Shown in pieces: positions 1 to 9,244 of a DNA stretch of 32,000 nucleotides (the first letter of the stretch is position 1; every line of letters begins with the position of its first letter). Made by a program: the position numbers and the translations under genes. This stretch comes from Promethearchaeota archaeon (GTDB lineage Archaea > Asgardarchaeota > Lokiarchaeia > Sigyniarchaeales > Promethearchaeaceae): NCBI GenBank assembly GCA_016933055.1, contig JAFGBS010000002.1:150001-182000 (forward strand), read 5' to 3'. The notes below the pieces were generated by a model. The model saw nothing but the letters and a program-made list of their open reading frames with translations, had not been told where the DNA came from and did not search any database.

Positions 1-58
1 GGATGAATCACGATCCCCTAATTACGTATATCTATAATAAAATTTTAAAATGCGATCT

Positions 59-76
59 AAACAAAAACAGTAAAAA
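59..76 (-). terminator. Possible oligo-T terminator downstream of tRNA-Cys
   Basis: Minus strand reads TTTTTACTGTTTTTGTTT about 35 nt after the tRNA 3' end; archaeal terminators are typically T-tracts. Confidence 0.3.
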
Positions 77-112
77 CATGACACCCCATGATAGGGAGGG
101 GATGAATTTTAG

Positions 113-198
113 AGCAGGGAGAGGGAATTGAACCCCCGAGGGACGGGCTGGCCACCATCAGTCTGCAGGCCCGCGCACTACCACTATGCGACCCCTGC
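113..198 (-). tRNA. tRNA-Cys(GCA) with a 13-nt intron at 37/38; CCA not encoded
   Basis: Folded by hand: acceptor GCAGGGG/TCCCTGC, D-arm GCAT-AGTGGTA-GTGC, anticodon stem CGGGC/GCCCG with CT-GCA-G, T-arm GGGGG-TTCAATT-CCCTC, discriminator U73 (typical of Cys). Mature length is 73 nt. Confidence 0.9.
150..162 (-). other. Archaeal tRNA intron (ACTGATGGTGGCC) with relaxed bulge-helix-bulge
   Basis: C32-U33-G34-C35 pairs with intron GUGG, flanked by 3-nt bulges AG|A and CC|A. Removing it restores a 7-nt anticodon loop. Confidence 0.75.
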
Positions 199-370
199 GT
201 AATTGGTTTTAGTAGTTGAGAAGTATGAATGCTACGTAATAATTTTTACGAATTCATTGAATTTTAAAAGAGTTACTTCATCGGGACAAACTGTAAACTC
301 AGAAAAAGATCATCTATAAATCTTCACTTGACCAATAAAGTGGTAGCGTGTATTTTTAGAAGATGATAAA

Positions 371-1957
371 ATGAGTCAAGAAAAAAAATATATTCTAGCC
401 TTAGATCATGGAACCTCCGGAATGAAAACAGCTGTTATCTCTACAAAAGGGGATATTGTCGGATTTGACGTGGAGGAATATGGTCTGTATCATTATGAAC
501 AGGGATGTGCGGAGCAGAAACCGCAGGATTGGTGGAATGCAGTAGAAACTACAGTTCATCATTTAATTGATAAAAATTTGGTACCAGTTGAGGATATAAT
601 AGCTGTAGTTTCCAGCAATCAAATGAGTGGAACTGTCCCCATTGCAAAAGATGGAGAAACATTATATAACTGCTTAACCTGGATGGATACCAGAGGAGCT
701 CCTATGGTTGAAAAAATGATTCGGGGGCTGATCAAGGTCTCTGGATATGGACTACGGCATTTAGCGGCATGGTTACCAAAAACTGCTGGAATCCCCGCGT
801 TAAGCGGAAAAGATTGTCTTGCTCATATGTTATGGTTTAAACAGAAAAAACCCGAACTTTATGCTAAAACATGGAAATTCTTGGATACAAAGGATTATAT
901 CAATTTTAAACTGACGGGAAAGACCGTTTCCTCTTATGATATGGCACTACTCACGTGGATGTTAAATACTAAGGATCCCAATAATATTTTCTTAGATCCC
1001 TCGTTAATTCGTAAAACTAAAATCGATCGCGATAAGCTTCCCGAGGTCCAAGCTGCTACATATAACTTAGGTTCTATCCTCCCAGAAATAGCAGATTCGT
1101 TAGGTTTATCACGCAATACTCAAGTCATTTTGGGGGCGGGAGATATTGCATCCGCAGGTATAGGTTCAGGGGCTGTGTTGGATTATCAAGGACATATCTG
1201 TGTCGGTTCTTCTTCATGGGTGTATACTCACATCTCACAACGCACTTTAGATATTGATCATATGATCACCTCGTTACCGTGTGCTATTCCTTCAAGATAT
1301 ATGTTCTTTGGAGAACAAGAAGCCGCTGGTATTATTCTCACTTGGATGAGGGATAACGTACTATACCATAAAGATGAATTACTCGTGGAAGAACAAGTCC
1401 CTGATGTATATAAGATATTTGATAGGTTGGTTGCTGAAATCAATCCTTTAGACAATTCTATGATTTTCACCCCATGGCTGTTTGGAGAACGCGCTCCCGT
1501 GGAAGATCACACTATTCGGGGTTCACTAAATAACATTAGTTTGGAAGTAGACCGAAGACATATTTTACGTGCGATATTTGAGGGTGTTGCCTATAATGCG
1601 AAATGGTTGTTGGATGCAATGGAGGTGAAATTAAAACAGCGATTGGATCCTTTAGTGTTTATTGGAGGAGGTGCTACTTCCGCCGTATGGTCTCAAATTT
1701 TTGCGGATGTGTTAAATCATCGTGTGAAACGGGTTAAATATCCCAAAGAGTCGAATAGTCTCGGAGCAGCATTTATTGCGTCGGTTGCATTGGGTCAAAT
1801 GACATGGGAAGAAATACCACATATTGTACAATATGCAGAGACATATACTCCTCAAAAAGAATATTTAGACCATTATTCTACTCTATTTGAAGAATATAAA
1901 GGATTATACAAACGCAACGTTAAGATGTACAAAAGATTGAATAAATTCCATGAATAA
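371..1957 (+). CDS. FGGY-family carbohydrate kinase (xylulokinase-like)
   Basis: Motifs LALDHGTSGMKTA, EQKPQDWW, NQMSG, WMDTRG, GAGD, GSSSW, GERAP, RAIFEGVA, IGGGATSAVWSQIFADV. Substrate not determinable. Confidence 0.9.
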   Translation: MSQEKKYILALDHGTSGMKTAVISTKGDIVGFDVEEYGLYHYEQGCAEQKPQDWWNAVETTVHHLIDKNLVPVEDIIAVVSSNQMSGTVPIAKDGETLYNCLTWMDTRGAPMVEKMIRGLIKVSGYGLRHLAAWLPKTAGIPALSGKDCLAHMLWFKQKKPELYAKTWKFLDTKDYINFKLTGKTVSSYDMALLTWMLNTKDPNNIFLDPSLIRKTKIDRDKLPEVQAATYNLGSILPEIADSLGLSRNTQVILGAGDIASAGIGSGAVLDYQGHICVGSSSWVYTHISQRTLDIDHMITSLPCAIPSRYMFFGEQEAAGIILTWMRDNVLYHKDELLVEEQVPDVYKIFDRLVAEINPLDNSMIFTPWLFGERAPVEDHTIRGSLNNISLEVDRRHILRAIFEGVAYNAKWLLDAMEVKLKQRLDPLVFIGGGATSAVWSQIFADVLNHRVKRVKYPKESNSLGAAFIASVALGQMTWEEIPHIVQYAETYTPQKEYLDHYSTLFEEYKGLYKRNVKMYKRLNKFHE

Positions 1958-1969
1958 TTTTCTTCTTTT

Positions 1970-2281
1970 TTATTTGAACCGATTTTTATCTCGTACTTGA
2001 TATTTCCTGAGGGATTGTTCAACAGCATTAGATATGGAAATGTTGTAGTAATTTGCAATGCAAATTATACTAAATAGTAAATCTCCCAACTCTTGCTCTA
2101 ATTTATTCAGAGGTTCCTCAGGTTTTTTCGTTTTAATATTCGATAAGTGGGATAATTCTCGCGAAACCTCCCCGAGTTCTTCCATAACGGCTGCGAGCAT
2201 TCCTAAAGGGGTCCAATATCCCCCAGTCTCTTGAATCCAAGAGTTCACTATTTTTTGTAGTTCATTAATACTGTCGTCCAT
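1970..2281 (-). CDS. mazG: Single-domain MazG-like nucleotide pyrophosphohydrolase
   Basis: EELGEVSRE ... EQELGDLLFSIICIAN (ExxE...ExxD metal site), KYQVRDKNRF tail. Confidence 0.85.
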   Translation of the reverse strand: MDDSINELQKIVNSWIQETGGYWTPLGMLAAVMEELGEVSRELSHLSNIKTKKPEEPLNKLEQELGDLLFSIICIANYYNISISNAVEQSLRKYQVRDKNRFK

Positions 2282-2304
2282 AAGTGATAAACCTTTAACC
2301 CTAA

Positions 2305-4392
2305 TTATAATACTATACGCTTTCGGTCTTCAAATTCTTGTTGTTTTCCTTTATTCCATAATTCAAGAGGAGTATAATAATCGGTGATTTTTGAAATGCG
2401 TTTTAAATTATGCTGTTCTGAATCAGCAGGTAGCATTTTCTTGAAGTACCCACATTTTGGGCAAGAATAGAAATCATAATTGAAGGTGAAAGAATTTAAA
2501 TTCTGATTCAATAGACTAATTGTCTGATTTTTCAATAGATCCAAATTTTCATTTTTTGGTGAATTATCTAACCATATAGGTAAAGTACTATTATTCTGAA
2601 TAACCCTTGCACTCTGAGAATGGATTTGACTCTTTTGTTGTAAAGAAATATCCAACGAGTAATTTGCATGAGAGGAGGGCGTATAATATACTGCTTCCGT
2701 TTCTACATTCCCATTAACGATGGATTTAGCATTTATAGGAAAGTGGGTAAGATCTAAATAAGCAAATCGATAGCTTACAAATTCCGCTGGTTCTTCCCAG
2801 ACAGTAAAGAACTTGTTTTGAGTCCTACTATAATATTTCGCACGATCAACTAAAAATTTCAAGATTTTCAAGCCTAATTCCAAAGAACTCTTATCTTCAT
2901 GAAGATGGGAATTTGTATGAAAATACACCATCTCGTCTAATCCAATAAATCCGAACAACAATGCTTGGCGATTGAGATCTAACAATGGTTGATTATTCAC
3001 TAATTCATTACACAAGGGTAATCTGCCTTTCTGTAGGAGAGTACGGATAATTTTATACTTTAATTGTAATATGTCACGCGAAAGATCCATTTGTTGTTCT
3101 AGAATTTCGAAAATTTTAGTTTCATCTCCATTTGCCTTATAAGCAATTCTGGGAAGATTAATTGAAATACTCTGTAATGCTCCTACATTTACGTAAGATT
3201 GATGCCAATCGAACAGATTCGGGTTTTGTTCGTTCATTAAATAAGAAGATTTATGCTCATTCGAAAAAATCGAGCCAAGATATCCTTCCCGTAGCCAAGG
3301 ATTTAGACTATTTATAAAAATGGGGGTTCCCATGTTAGCGGCTTCGGTAAATAAATTAAGCGAAATATCAGGATTTTGAAGATCTTTAGGAGATAACAGT
3401 ACTTTATGTTTGGGAAATGCAAATAACCGATTTCTTGCATCGCCTTGAGTGTACACTTTAGATAAAGCATTGAAAAACAACCGATTCTCCTCCTCATAAT
3501 CCAAATAAGTCCCATGAATAATTCCTCCAGGACCGATAGCATCCACATCTTTCAGAAAATCAGGGATATGGGGACTACAGATGATGGACGATATTGGTAC
3601 ATAGGATCCTCGAGAAAAATATTGTTGATTTAATTCGAAGAGGAAAGTTTGAGCTAATTGTGCGATTTCTGATTGGGATAATTTACTCAAATAAGGAGAA
3701 AGAAAAGTGTTGAAGTAAAGATAATTTTGTTCTCCAGAAAATTCCGAATTCACAAAAGCTAACCATTTACACGCATGTAAGACTGCGACTGTGGCGTTTC
3801 TGGCGGGATTAGACATAGTAAAGGTTAAATACCCTGCTGGGGGAATTCCATGTTTTAAGATCATCCGTAAATCCCAAGATTGGGAAAAAGGTCTCATGTC
3901 AAAATACCGTAACGAATGAATATGAATATCTCCTGATAAATGACTCCTAGCTTGATCAGTTGAAAGCAATTTCAACAAAGCATATTCAGATGCAAGCTGA
4001 CCTGCTGCCCATCGATGAATATTCTCAGGTGCACTATACTCGACAGAACGTGGATTATAATTCGTGTGGAGAAGAACTTCATAATCCGCTATAGGCATCC
4101 CAATACGGGTATATTTTTTTCGAGCTTCTTCGAAATTCAATTCACTGAGAACAGAACACACTAATTCTCGGATATGAGGACCAGATAAAAATCGAATCCC
4201 AGAGGCAATTATCCTCCTTACTACCAGTTCAGTTACTTTTTTTGCATCTTCTGCAGGGAGTTCAGCTTCTTTGATAATAGAAGCCAGTATGTTTTTAGGA
4301 TTAAACTTTTGAACATCCCCAGTACTCATAAATACTTCAGGGAGGAGTTTGTGGATATATTCGGAATTTTCCTTGTGTTCGCGATCTGACAT
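2305..4392 (-). CDS. nrdD: Class III (anaerobic) ribonucleotide reductase-like protein with ATP-cone; catalytic residues appear lost
   Basis: N-terminal ATP-cone-like segment, then YTRIGMP, HLSGDIHIH, FNTFLSPY, AQTFLFELNQ, GPGG...GTYLDYEEE, GDA...FAFP, SINLPRIA, PAE...YRFA, CPKCG, WNKGKQQEFEDR. ATG at 4392 preferred; the frame is open to a TTG at 4533. Confidence 0.85.
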   Translation of the reverse strand: MSDREHKENSEYIHKLLPEVFMSTGDVQKFNPKNILASIIKEAELPAEDAKKVTELVVRRIIASGIRFLSGPHIRELVCSVLSELNFEEARKKYTRIGMPIADYEVLLHTNYNPRSVEYSAPENIHRWAAGQLASEYALLKLLSTDQARSHLSGDIHIHSLRYFDMRPFSQSWDLRMILKHGIPPAGYLTFTMSNPARNATVAVLHACKWLAFVNSEFSGEQNYLYFNTFLSPYLSKLSQSEIAQLAQTFLFELNQQYFSRGSYVPISSIICSPHIPDFLKDVDAIGPGGIIHGTYLDYEEENRLFFNALSKVYTQGDARNRLFAFPKHKVLLSPKDLQNPDISLNLFTEAANMGTPIFINSLNPWLREGYLGSIFSNEHKSSYLMNEQNPNLFDWHQSYVNVGALQSISINLPRIAYKANGDETKIFEILEQQMDLSRDILQLKYKIIRTLLQKGRLPLCNELVNNQPLLDLNRQALLFGFIGLDEMVYFHTNSHLHEDKSSLELGLKILKFLVDRAKYYSRTQNKFFTVWEEPAEFVSYRFAYLDLTHFPINAKSIVNGNVETEAVYYTPSSHANYSLDISLQQKSQIHSQSARVIQNNSTLPIWLDNSPKNENLDLLKNQTISLLNQNLNSFTFNYDFYSCPKCGYFKKMLPADSEQHNLKRISKITDYYTPLELWNKGKQQEFEDRKRIVL

Positions 4393-4547
4393 TTTAGTAG
4401 AGAACTCTTTGTTTGTTTTACATGAAAATAGAAATATGTCGGTGATTGTGGAGGATAATTGATTATCCAATCCTTCACCATCAGCAAAGCTACTTACCGA
4501 CACAAGATTAAAAATCTTATGTGAGATAATCAATATCGGATTAATAT

Positions 4548-5879
4548 CTAAACAGTGTCTAGAATTTTTTTCACAGAATTAACCACGGAGGAAATCATAA
4601 TTTCTGTTTGAGTTTCATCCCGCATGTTTCTTAAAGTGACTTGTTTTGATTCTAATTCTCGCTTTCCCAAAATAAGACAAATAGGGACTCCTAAAGAACT
4701 AGCTAATCCAAGGGAGTCCCGAATGTTACGATCCCAAGAGAAATCGCATTTTATATTTGCATTTCTCAACAGACTCATAAGAGGAATCATTTTCTCTACC
4801 GCTATTTTTACCGGGATAAGTAAAACATCGATAGAGGATTCATTTTGTTTAATTTTCGGATATTTTTCAGGATTTTGTAAAATCTCCGTTAATATTACAT
4901 CCACTCCTACGGAAATACCTACGGCGGGATAATCTTTACCTCTATCGATAAATTTACCGATAATTTTATCATACCGCCCTCCTGCAGCAATTGAACTGGT
5001 AATAGTGGAATTTTTAAAAAAAACTTCAAAAATCGGCCCCGTATAAATTTCCAAACCGCGAGCAAGATCGGGTCTAAATTTTACCTTTTTAGCGATTTTC
5101 ATGTCCTTACAAAAGGATAAAATCGTTCTTACTTCTGTAATCCCTTCGAGTGCAAGAGGATGGATTAAATTTTCTTCAAAAAATTGAATTTTTTTTTGAT
5201 TCGTACCTTTAACGTTTATTTTTTTGAAGATTTCCTCACAAGTAGTAACGCCAATACCTTTATTCCCCAATTCGTCTTGAACTCCCTTAATTCCTATTTT
5301 TTTTAATTTATCAATCGATAAGACGATTTGAGATGCCAGTTCCTCTGAAGTGATTCCAAGTTCTCTAAGTATCCCAAATAAAAGCTTTCTGCTATTTAAT
5401 TCAATATAGATGTCAAATCCTAATTTATCTGCCGCACCGGCTGCAATTGCAAGGCATTCCGCATCATAAATCAAGGAATTGGAACCTATGACATCCGCAT
5501 CTAACTGAAAAAATTCCCGATATCGACCAGCTTTTGTGGGACCGTCTCGAAATACTTTGCCAAATTCATAGCGTTTGAAAGGTAAAATAAGTTGGGGGTT
5601 CATTCCTACATATCGACTCAAGGGGACCGTTAGATCGTATCGTAATGCAAGATTTCGTTTCCCATTGTCTTGAAACGTATACATCTCCTTTAGAATTTCC
5701 GATCCTCCTGCATATTTGGATGCAAGAATTTCCTGAAATTCTATTATTGGAGTTTCTATAGGGTTGTATCCGAATTTCTCAAATTCTTCTGTAAATGCGC
5801 GTACTATAAAATTTTGGATCAATTTTTCTTTTACGTTAAGATCCCTTGTTCCTTTCAGATTACGAAGATCTTGAGACAT
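4548..5879 (-). CDS. hisS: Histidyl-tRNA synthetase
   Basis: KGTRD, LRYDLTVP, GRYREFFQLDADVIG, LARGLEIYTGPIFE, AGGRYD, C-terminal anticodon-binding domain. Confidence 0.97.
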   Translation of the reverse strand: MSQDLRNLKGTRDLNVKEKLIQNFIVRAFTEEFEKFGYNPIETPIIEFQEILASKYAGGSEILKEMYTFQDNGKRNLALRYDLTVPLSRYVGMNPQLILPFKRYEFGKVFRDGPTKAGRYREFFQLDADVIGSNSLIYDAECLAIAAGAADKLGFDIYIELNSRKLLFGILRELGITSEELASQIVLSIDKLKKIGIKGVQDELGNKGIGVTTCEEIFKKINVKGTNQKKIQFFEENLIHPLALEGITEVRTILSFCKDMKIAKKVKFRPDLARGLEIYTGPIFEVFFKNSTITSSIAAGGRYDKIIGKFIDRGKDYPAVGISVGVDVILTEILQNPEKYPKIKQNESSIDVLLIPVKIAVEKMIPLMSLLRNANIKCDFSWDRNIRDSLGLASSLGVPICLILGKRELESKQVTLRNMRDETQTEIMISSVVNSVKKILDTV

Positions 5880-5889
5880 TCCTACCCCA

Positions 5890-6231
5890 TTAATTCCATT
5901 GATAGGCAGATAATACGAGCACGGCGATAACCCCTACAATAATAAGTGATATCAAATAGGAAAGAAAGAGTTTTCGTCTCCGTTCAGGATTTAATTGAAT
6001 TTGATACCCTAGACCAAAACTTAATCCACCACCAATCACCGATAGGAGTCCGATGAGTAATGTATAATCGGATAACGCTCCAAATAATCCGTTACTCGTA
6101 GCAAGGCTTTTAATTATCACAAATAATACATCAATGATCAGCAATCCCACAAAAAACCATGATTGGAATTGTATCATTTTTAAAAACCGGTCTGGTTCTT
6201 CCTTGGGGATCTTCGGACTTTTTGTTGCCAT
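5890..6231 (-). CDS. Small membrane protein (about 3 TM helices), unknown function
   Basis: Three hydrophobic stretches; tightly spaced between NAC (15 nt) and hisS (10 nt). Confidence 0.7.
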   Translation of the reverse strand: MATKSPKIPKEEPDRFLKMIQFQSWFFVGLLIIDVLFVIIKSLATSNGLFGALSDYTLLIGLLSVIGGGLSFGLGYQIQLNPERRRKLFLSYLISLIIVGVIAVLVLSAYQWN

Positions 6232-6246
6232 AATTTTTCACTTTAA

Positions 6247-6735
6247 CTATTTAGATTTTAAGAATAATATCGCTCGAGCAAGGTCTCCATCTGATTCCTT
6301 CAAGGCATGTTCTGCTTCTTTTTCTGATACACCTGCTTGAGCTGCTACGATCGCAATATCTTCAGATCGAATTTCTCCGCTGCTCACGACTTCCAACTCT
6401 TCTTCAAGTTCTTCATATGCTTCGGATTCTTCATCATCGTACTCATTGTCTCCATAGGAAGAGAGCTCTTGTTCTACAGGTTCTCCGAGGATTTGGTGAA
6501 TCGTCATTCCTTGTTGGGTCAGTTGCATAACTTGCGGATTTTCAATCACAATTTCTTTATCGGGGCATTGGATAATTACCCGTGTTGCTTCAATTTCATT
6601 CACATTATCTATGCCTTGTTTTTGTAACTGCCTACGCATCGCTCGAGAAGCGGAAGATGCAGATTTGGTTGAAGGTTTCACTTTCTGCATTTTTTCTTTT
6701 TTTTTTTCAAGGAGTTCTTTTGGCAATTTTGGCAT
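6247..6735 (-). CDS. nac: Nascent polypeptide-associated complex protein (archaeal NAC)
   Basis: MRRQLQKQGI, EIEATRVII...EIVIENPQV NAC domain, C-terminal UBA (EDIAIVAAQAGVSEKEAEHALKESDGDLARAIL). Confidence 0.93.
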   Translation of the reverse strand: MPKLPKELLEKKKEKMQKVKPSTKSASSASRAMRRQLQKQGIDNVNEIEATRVIIQCPDKEIVIENPQVMQLTQQGMTIHQILGEPVEQELSSYGDNEYDDEESEAYEELEEELEVVSSGEIRSEDIAIVAAQAGVSEKEAEHALKESDGDLARAILFLKSK

Positions 6736-6816
6736 GAATGATCAGGTTTATTGTTTAATATGAAGCGTGTTGTATGCAAAGAAAATATTAAGTCCCATTA
6801 AATTGTTTTGGTAGGT

Positions 6817-7332
6817 TTATGTGATTTTTGGAATTCCTTTTCGCACATTAACTGCTTGACCGACAGATAAACCAACATAGGTAGGGGGTACATTCAATTT
6901 TCCTATAGCGATCAGTTGATCGTACTCATTGACAATTAAAACCTCGCTACCAATTCGTAAAGTTTCGTCAATTCCCACTATATGTTGAGCGAAAACTGAT
7001 TTCCCTTCTCGAATGAATTCTTCCACTTCTGTTTGAATGATTACTCGATGATGTGGAGAGGTTGTATGGGTATGCAAAAGGCGTGCGCCCTCAATGGAAA
7101 GCGAGAATAATCCGACAGTGGGTTTGTAGGAGAAAATTCGTTCTGAATCCAAATAGATATATTTAATATTTCCCGTGTTACGGGAAAAATCAATATCAAT
7201 TCGTGATTCCGTTAAAATTCCATTAAATATATCCGTTCCAAATTGAAAATGAAGAATTGAAAGGATTTTCTTGAGAATTCTGGATTTGGATTTATTAATG
7301 TCGAGATCAAGCCGGTCTGTTGGAAGAGGCAT
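6817..7332 (-). CDS. PUA-domain protein (archaeosine tRNA-guanine transglycosylase C-terminal-like)
   Basis: SRNTGNIKYIY, GLFSLSIEGA, FIREGKSVFAQHI...DETLRIGSEVLIVNEYDQLIAIG, AVNVRKG; adjacent to NAC as in other archaea. Confidence 0.85.
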   Translation of the reverse strand: MPLPTDRLDLDINKSKSRILKKILSILHFQFGTDIFNGILTESRIDIDFSRNTGNIKYIYLDSERIFSYKPTVGLFSLSIEGARLLHTHTTSPHHRVIIQTEVEEFIREGKSVFAQHIVGIDETLRIGSEVLIVNEYDQLIAIGKLNVPPTYVGLSVGQAVNVRKGIPKIT

Positions 7333-7362
7333 AATAGGTCACTAATTAATTGTCATGATTTT

Positions 7363-7719
7363 TCAAATTGGTTTATATTCCGGTCGATAAGGATAAAATA
7401 CTTCAATCAGACGTGTTTCCTCCAAAACTTTCGCACCATGTCTCTCATCTGCTTCAAAGACATAACTATCTCCCGTAGAAGCGATGAATTCCCTATTAAA
7501 ATCATCTGAAAGGAATTTTATTTTTCCTGAGATAATAAACCCAATTTGTACATTGGGGTGATTATGGAGGGGGATTTCTGCATTTTTTTTTAAGTGGAAT
7601 ACGCACAACATGGTTTCGGAATTATATGCAAGAGTCTGTCTATATATACCCGGTAAAGCTTCAAAAGGAGGAATATCTTTCAAGTTCACGGGATTGTTAG
7701 TTTTAGTTTTTTCAGTCAT
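7363..7719 (-). CDS. Cupin-domain protein
   Basis: IPLHNHPNVQIGFIISGKIKF and GDSYVFEADERHG cupin motifs. Confidence 0.88.
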   Translation of the reverse strand: MTEKTKTNNPVNLKDIPPFEALPGIYRQTLAYNSETMLCVFHLKKNAEIPLHNHPNVQIGFIISGKIKFLSDDFNREFIASTGDSYVFEADERHGAKVLEETRLIEVFYPYRPEYKPI

Positions 7720-7770
7720 GTATTATGTGTTACTCATGGTAGTAAAAAAAGAATGGGGATAAGAAATCGT

Positions 7771-8979
7771 TTAGGAATACAGATTCTTGGGTACTTGTTT
7801 TTTCGATAATACCTTCTCTAAAGCTACTTCAAAATCTTCCATGCTGATAATGGTCTTTTTTGCTCGAATAGCAATCATTCCCGCCTCAATACAAATCGCA
7901 TTAATCTCGGCTCCAGTTGCATTCTCCGTTTTTTGCACAAGTTGTTTGAAGTTCACATTTTTCTCTAATTTGAGGTTTTTTGAGTGAATTTTAAAGATCT
8001 GTAAACGGTCTTCTTCTTTAGGTAGAGGAAATTTGATGATCCGATCAAATCTGCCCGGTCTTAGTAAAGCAGGATCTAGAATATCAAAGCGGTTGGTTGC
8101 TGCAATGATTCTGACATCACCACGATCGTCAAAACCATCTAGTTCCGAAAGCAATTGCATTAATGTTCTTTGTACTTCTCTATCTCCCGAGGTAGCAACC
8201 TGTAATCTTTGACTACCAATGGCATCTAATTCATCAATAAAAATAATTGACGGGGCTTTTTTCCGTGCAAGTTGGAAAATTTCCCGAACCATTCGTGCAC
8301 CCTCACCAATGAATTTCTGAACCAGTTCCGAACCTATAATTCGGATGAATCTGGCTTTTGTTTCATGAGCAACCGCTTTAGCTGTCAGTGTTTTTCCTGT
8401 ACCCGGTTCGCCATATAGTAAAACTCCTTTGGGGGGTTTAACTCCCACACTTTCAAATAATTCAGGATATAACAGGGGTAATTCTACAGTTTCTTTTACT
8501 TCCGTAATTTGTTCCTCTAATCCCCCAATATCATTATAGGATACATCCGGAAGGGTATCGATTAATTCCATGCCTTGAACGAGAGGATCCATGCTTTCTG
8601 GCATGATTTCCATCACAGCAAAATTTCTTTGATTCAAAGCAACCCGCATACCCGGTTCTAATTCTTTAGTGGTGATTTTACGGGATACGTTTACAATGAA
8701 TTGTGGACCCGTGCTACTTTTAACAACCACTCGATCATCTTCAAGTATATCAGTAACCGTAGCTCCTATTAAAGGCGGTTGTCGTAATCTATCTAATTCA
8801 TTTCGCAGGGTGTGCAGTTCTTTATCAAGACGCAATCGTTCGGTTTCTAAAAGCTGCTTCTCTGTTTCTAATGACCTTAACCTACGTTCTAAGTGTCGAG
8901 TATACGTTATGAGATAATTATCATTCGCACGTTTCTCATCATCTTCAGAATCGTCTTGGTTTTTTTTTAGTGTGCTCAT
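7771..8979 (-). CDS. pan: Proteasome-activating nucleotidase (AAA+)
   Basis: N-terminal coiled coil, OB domain (VVKSSTGPQF), Walker A GEPGTGKT, pore loop QKFIGEG, Walker B IIFIDELD, SRH ALLRPGRFDR, C-terminal HbYX (LYS). ATG at 8979 preferred over 9024. Confidence 0.96.
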   Translation of the reverse strand: MSTLKKNQDDSEDDEKRANDNYLITYTRHLERRLRSLETEKQLLETERLRLDKELHTLRNELDRLRQPPLIGATVTDILEDDRVVVKSSTGPQFIVNVSRKITTKELEPGMRVALNQRNFAVMEIMPESMDPLVQGMELIDTLPDVSYNDIGGLEEQITEVKETVELPLLYPELFESVGVKPPKGVLLYGEPGTGKTLTAKAVAHETKARFIRIIGSELVQKFIGEGARMVREIFQLARKKAPSIIFIDELDAIGSQRLQVATSGDREVQRTLMQLLSELDGFDDRGDVRIIAATNRFDILDPALLRPGRFDRIIKFPLPKEEDRLQIFKIHSKNLKLEKNVNFKQLVQKTENATGAEINAICIEAGMIAIRAKKTIISMEDFEVALEKVLSKKQVPKNLYS

Positions 8980-9244
8980 TTTTCTACCATCAAAAGGGGT
9001 TAATGTATGCAGTCCTAATATCATTATGATAAGTTTTTATCTTTTATGTCTAGTTTCTTGCAAGGTTTTTGGAAATTTTTTAACAATAGTATCTCTACTT
9101 TGAAAAAGAAATTGTGCCTATTTATCTTTTGGGCTATAGTTTAAAATAAAAATGGAATTCTGCACGAGTATATTTTTATGTGTCCCGAAAATTACTTAAA
9201 AAATCGACTCTTTATTTCAATCATCTAAAAGGTGCAGTTTTAAA

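Noticed and set aside
1-112. Possible integration site at the tRNA 3' end; GGATGAAT occurs at 1-8 and 100-107.
   Set aside because: An 8-bp repeat is too short, no copy of the tRNA 3' end was noticed elsewhere in the window, and no integrase is present. Anything integrated would lie left of the window.
4393-4533. 47-codon open extension upstream of the nrdD-like ATG.
   Set aside because: Starts at TTG with no ribosome-binding signal and shows no recognisable domain; left undetermined.
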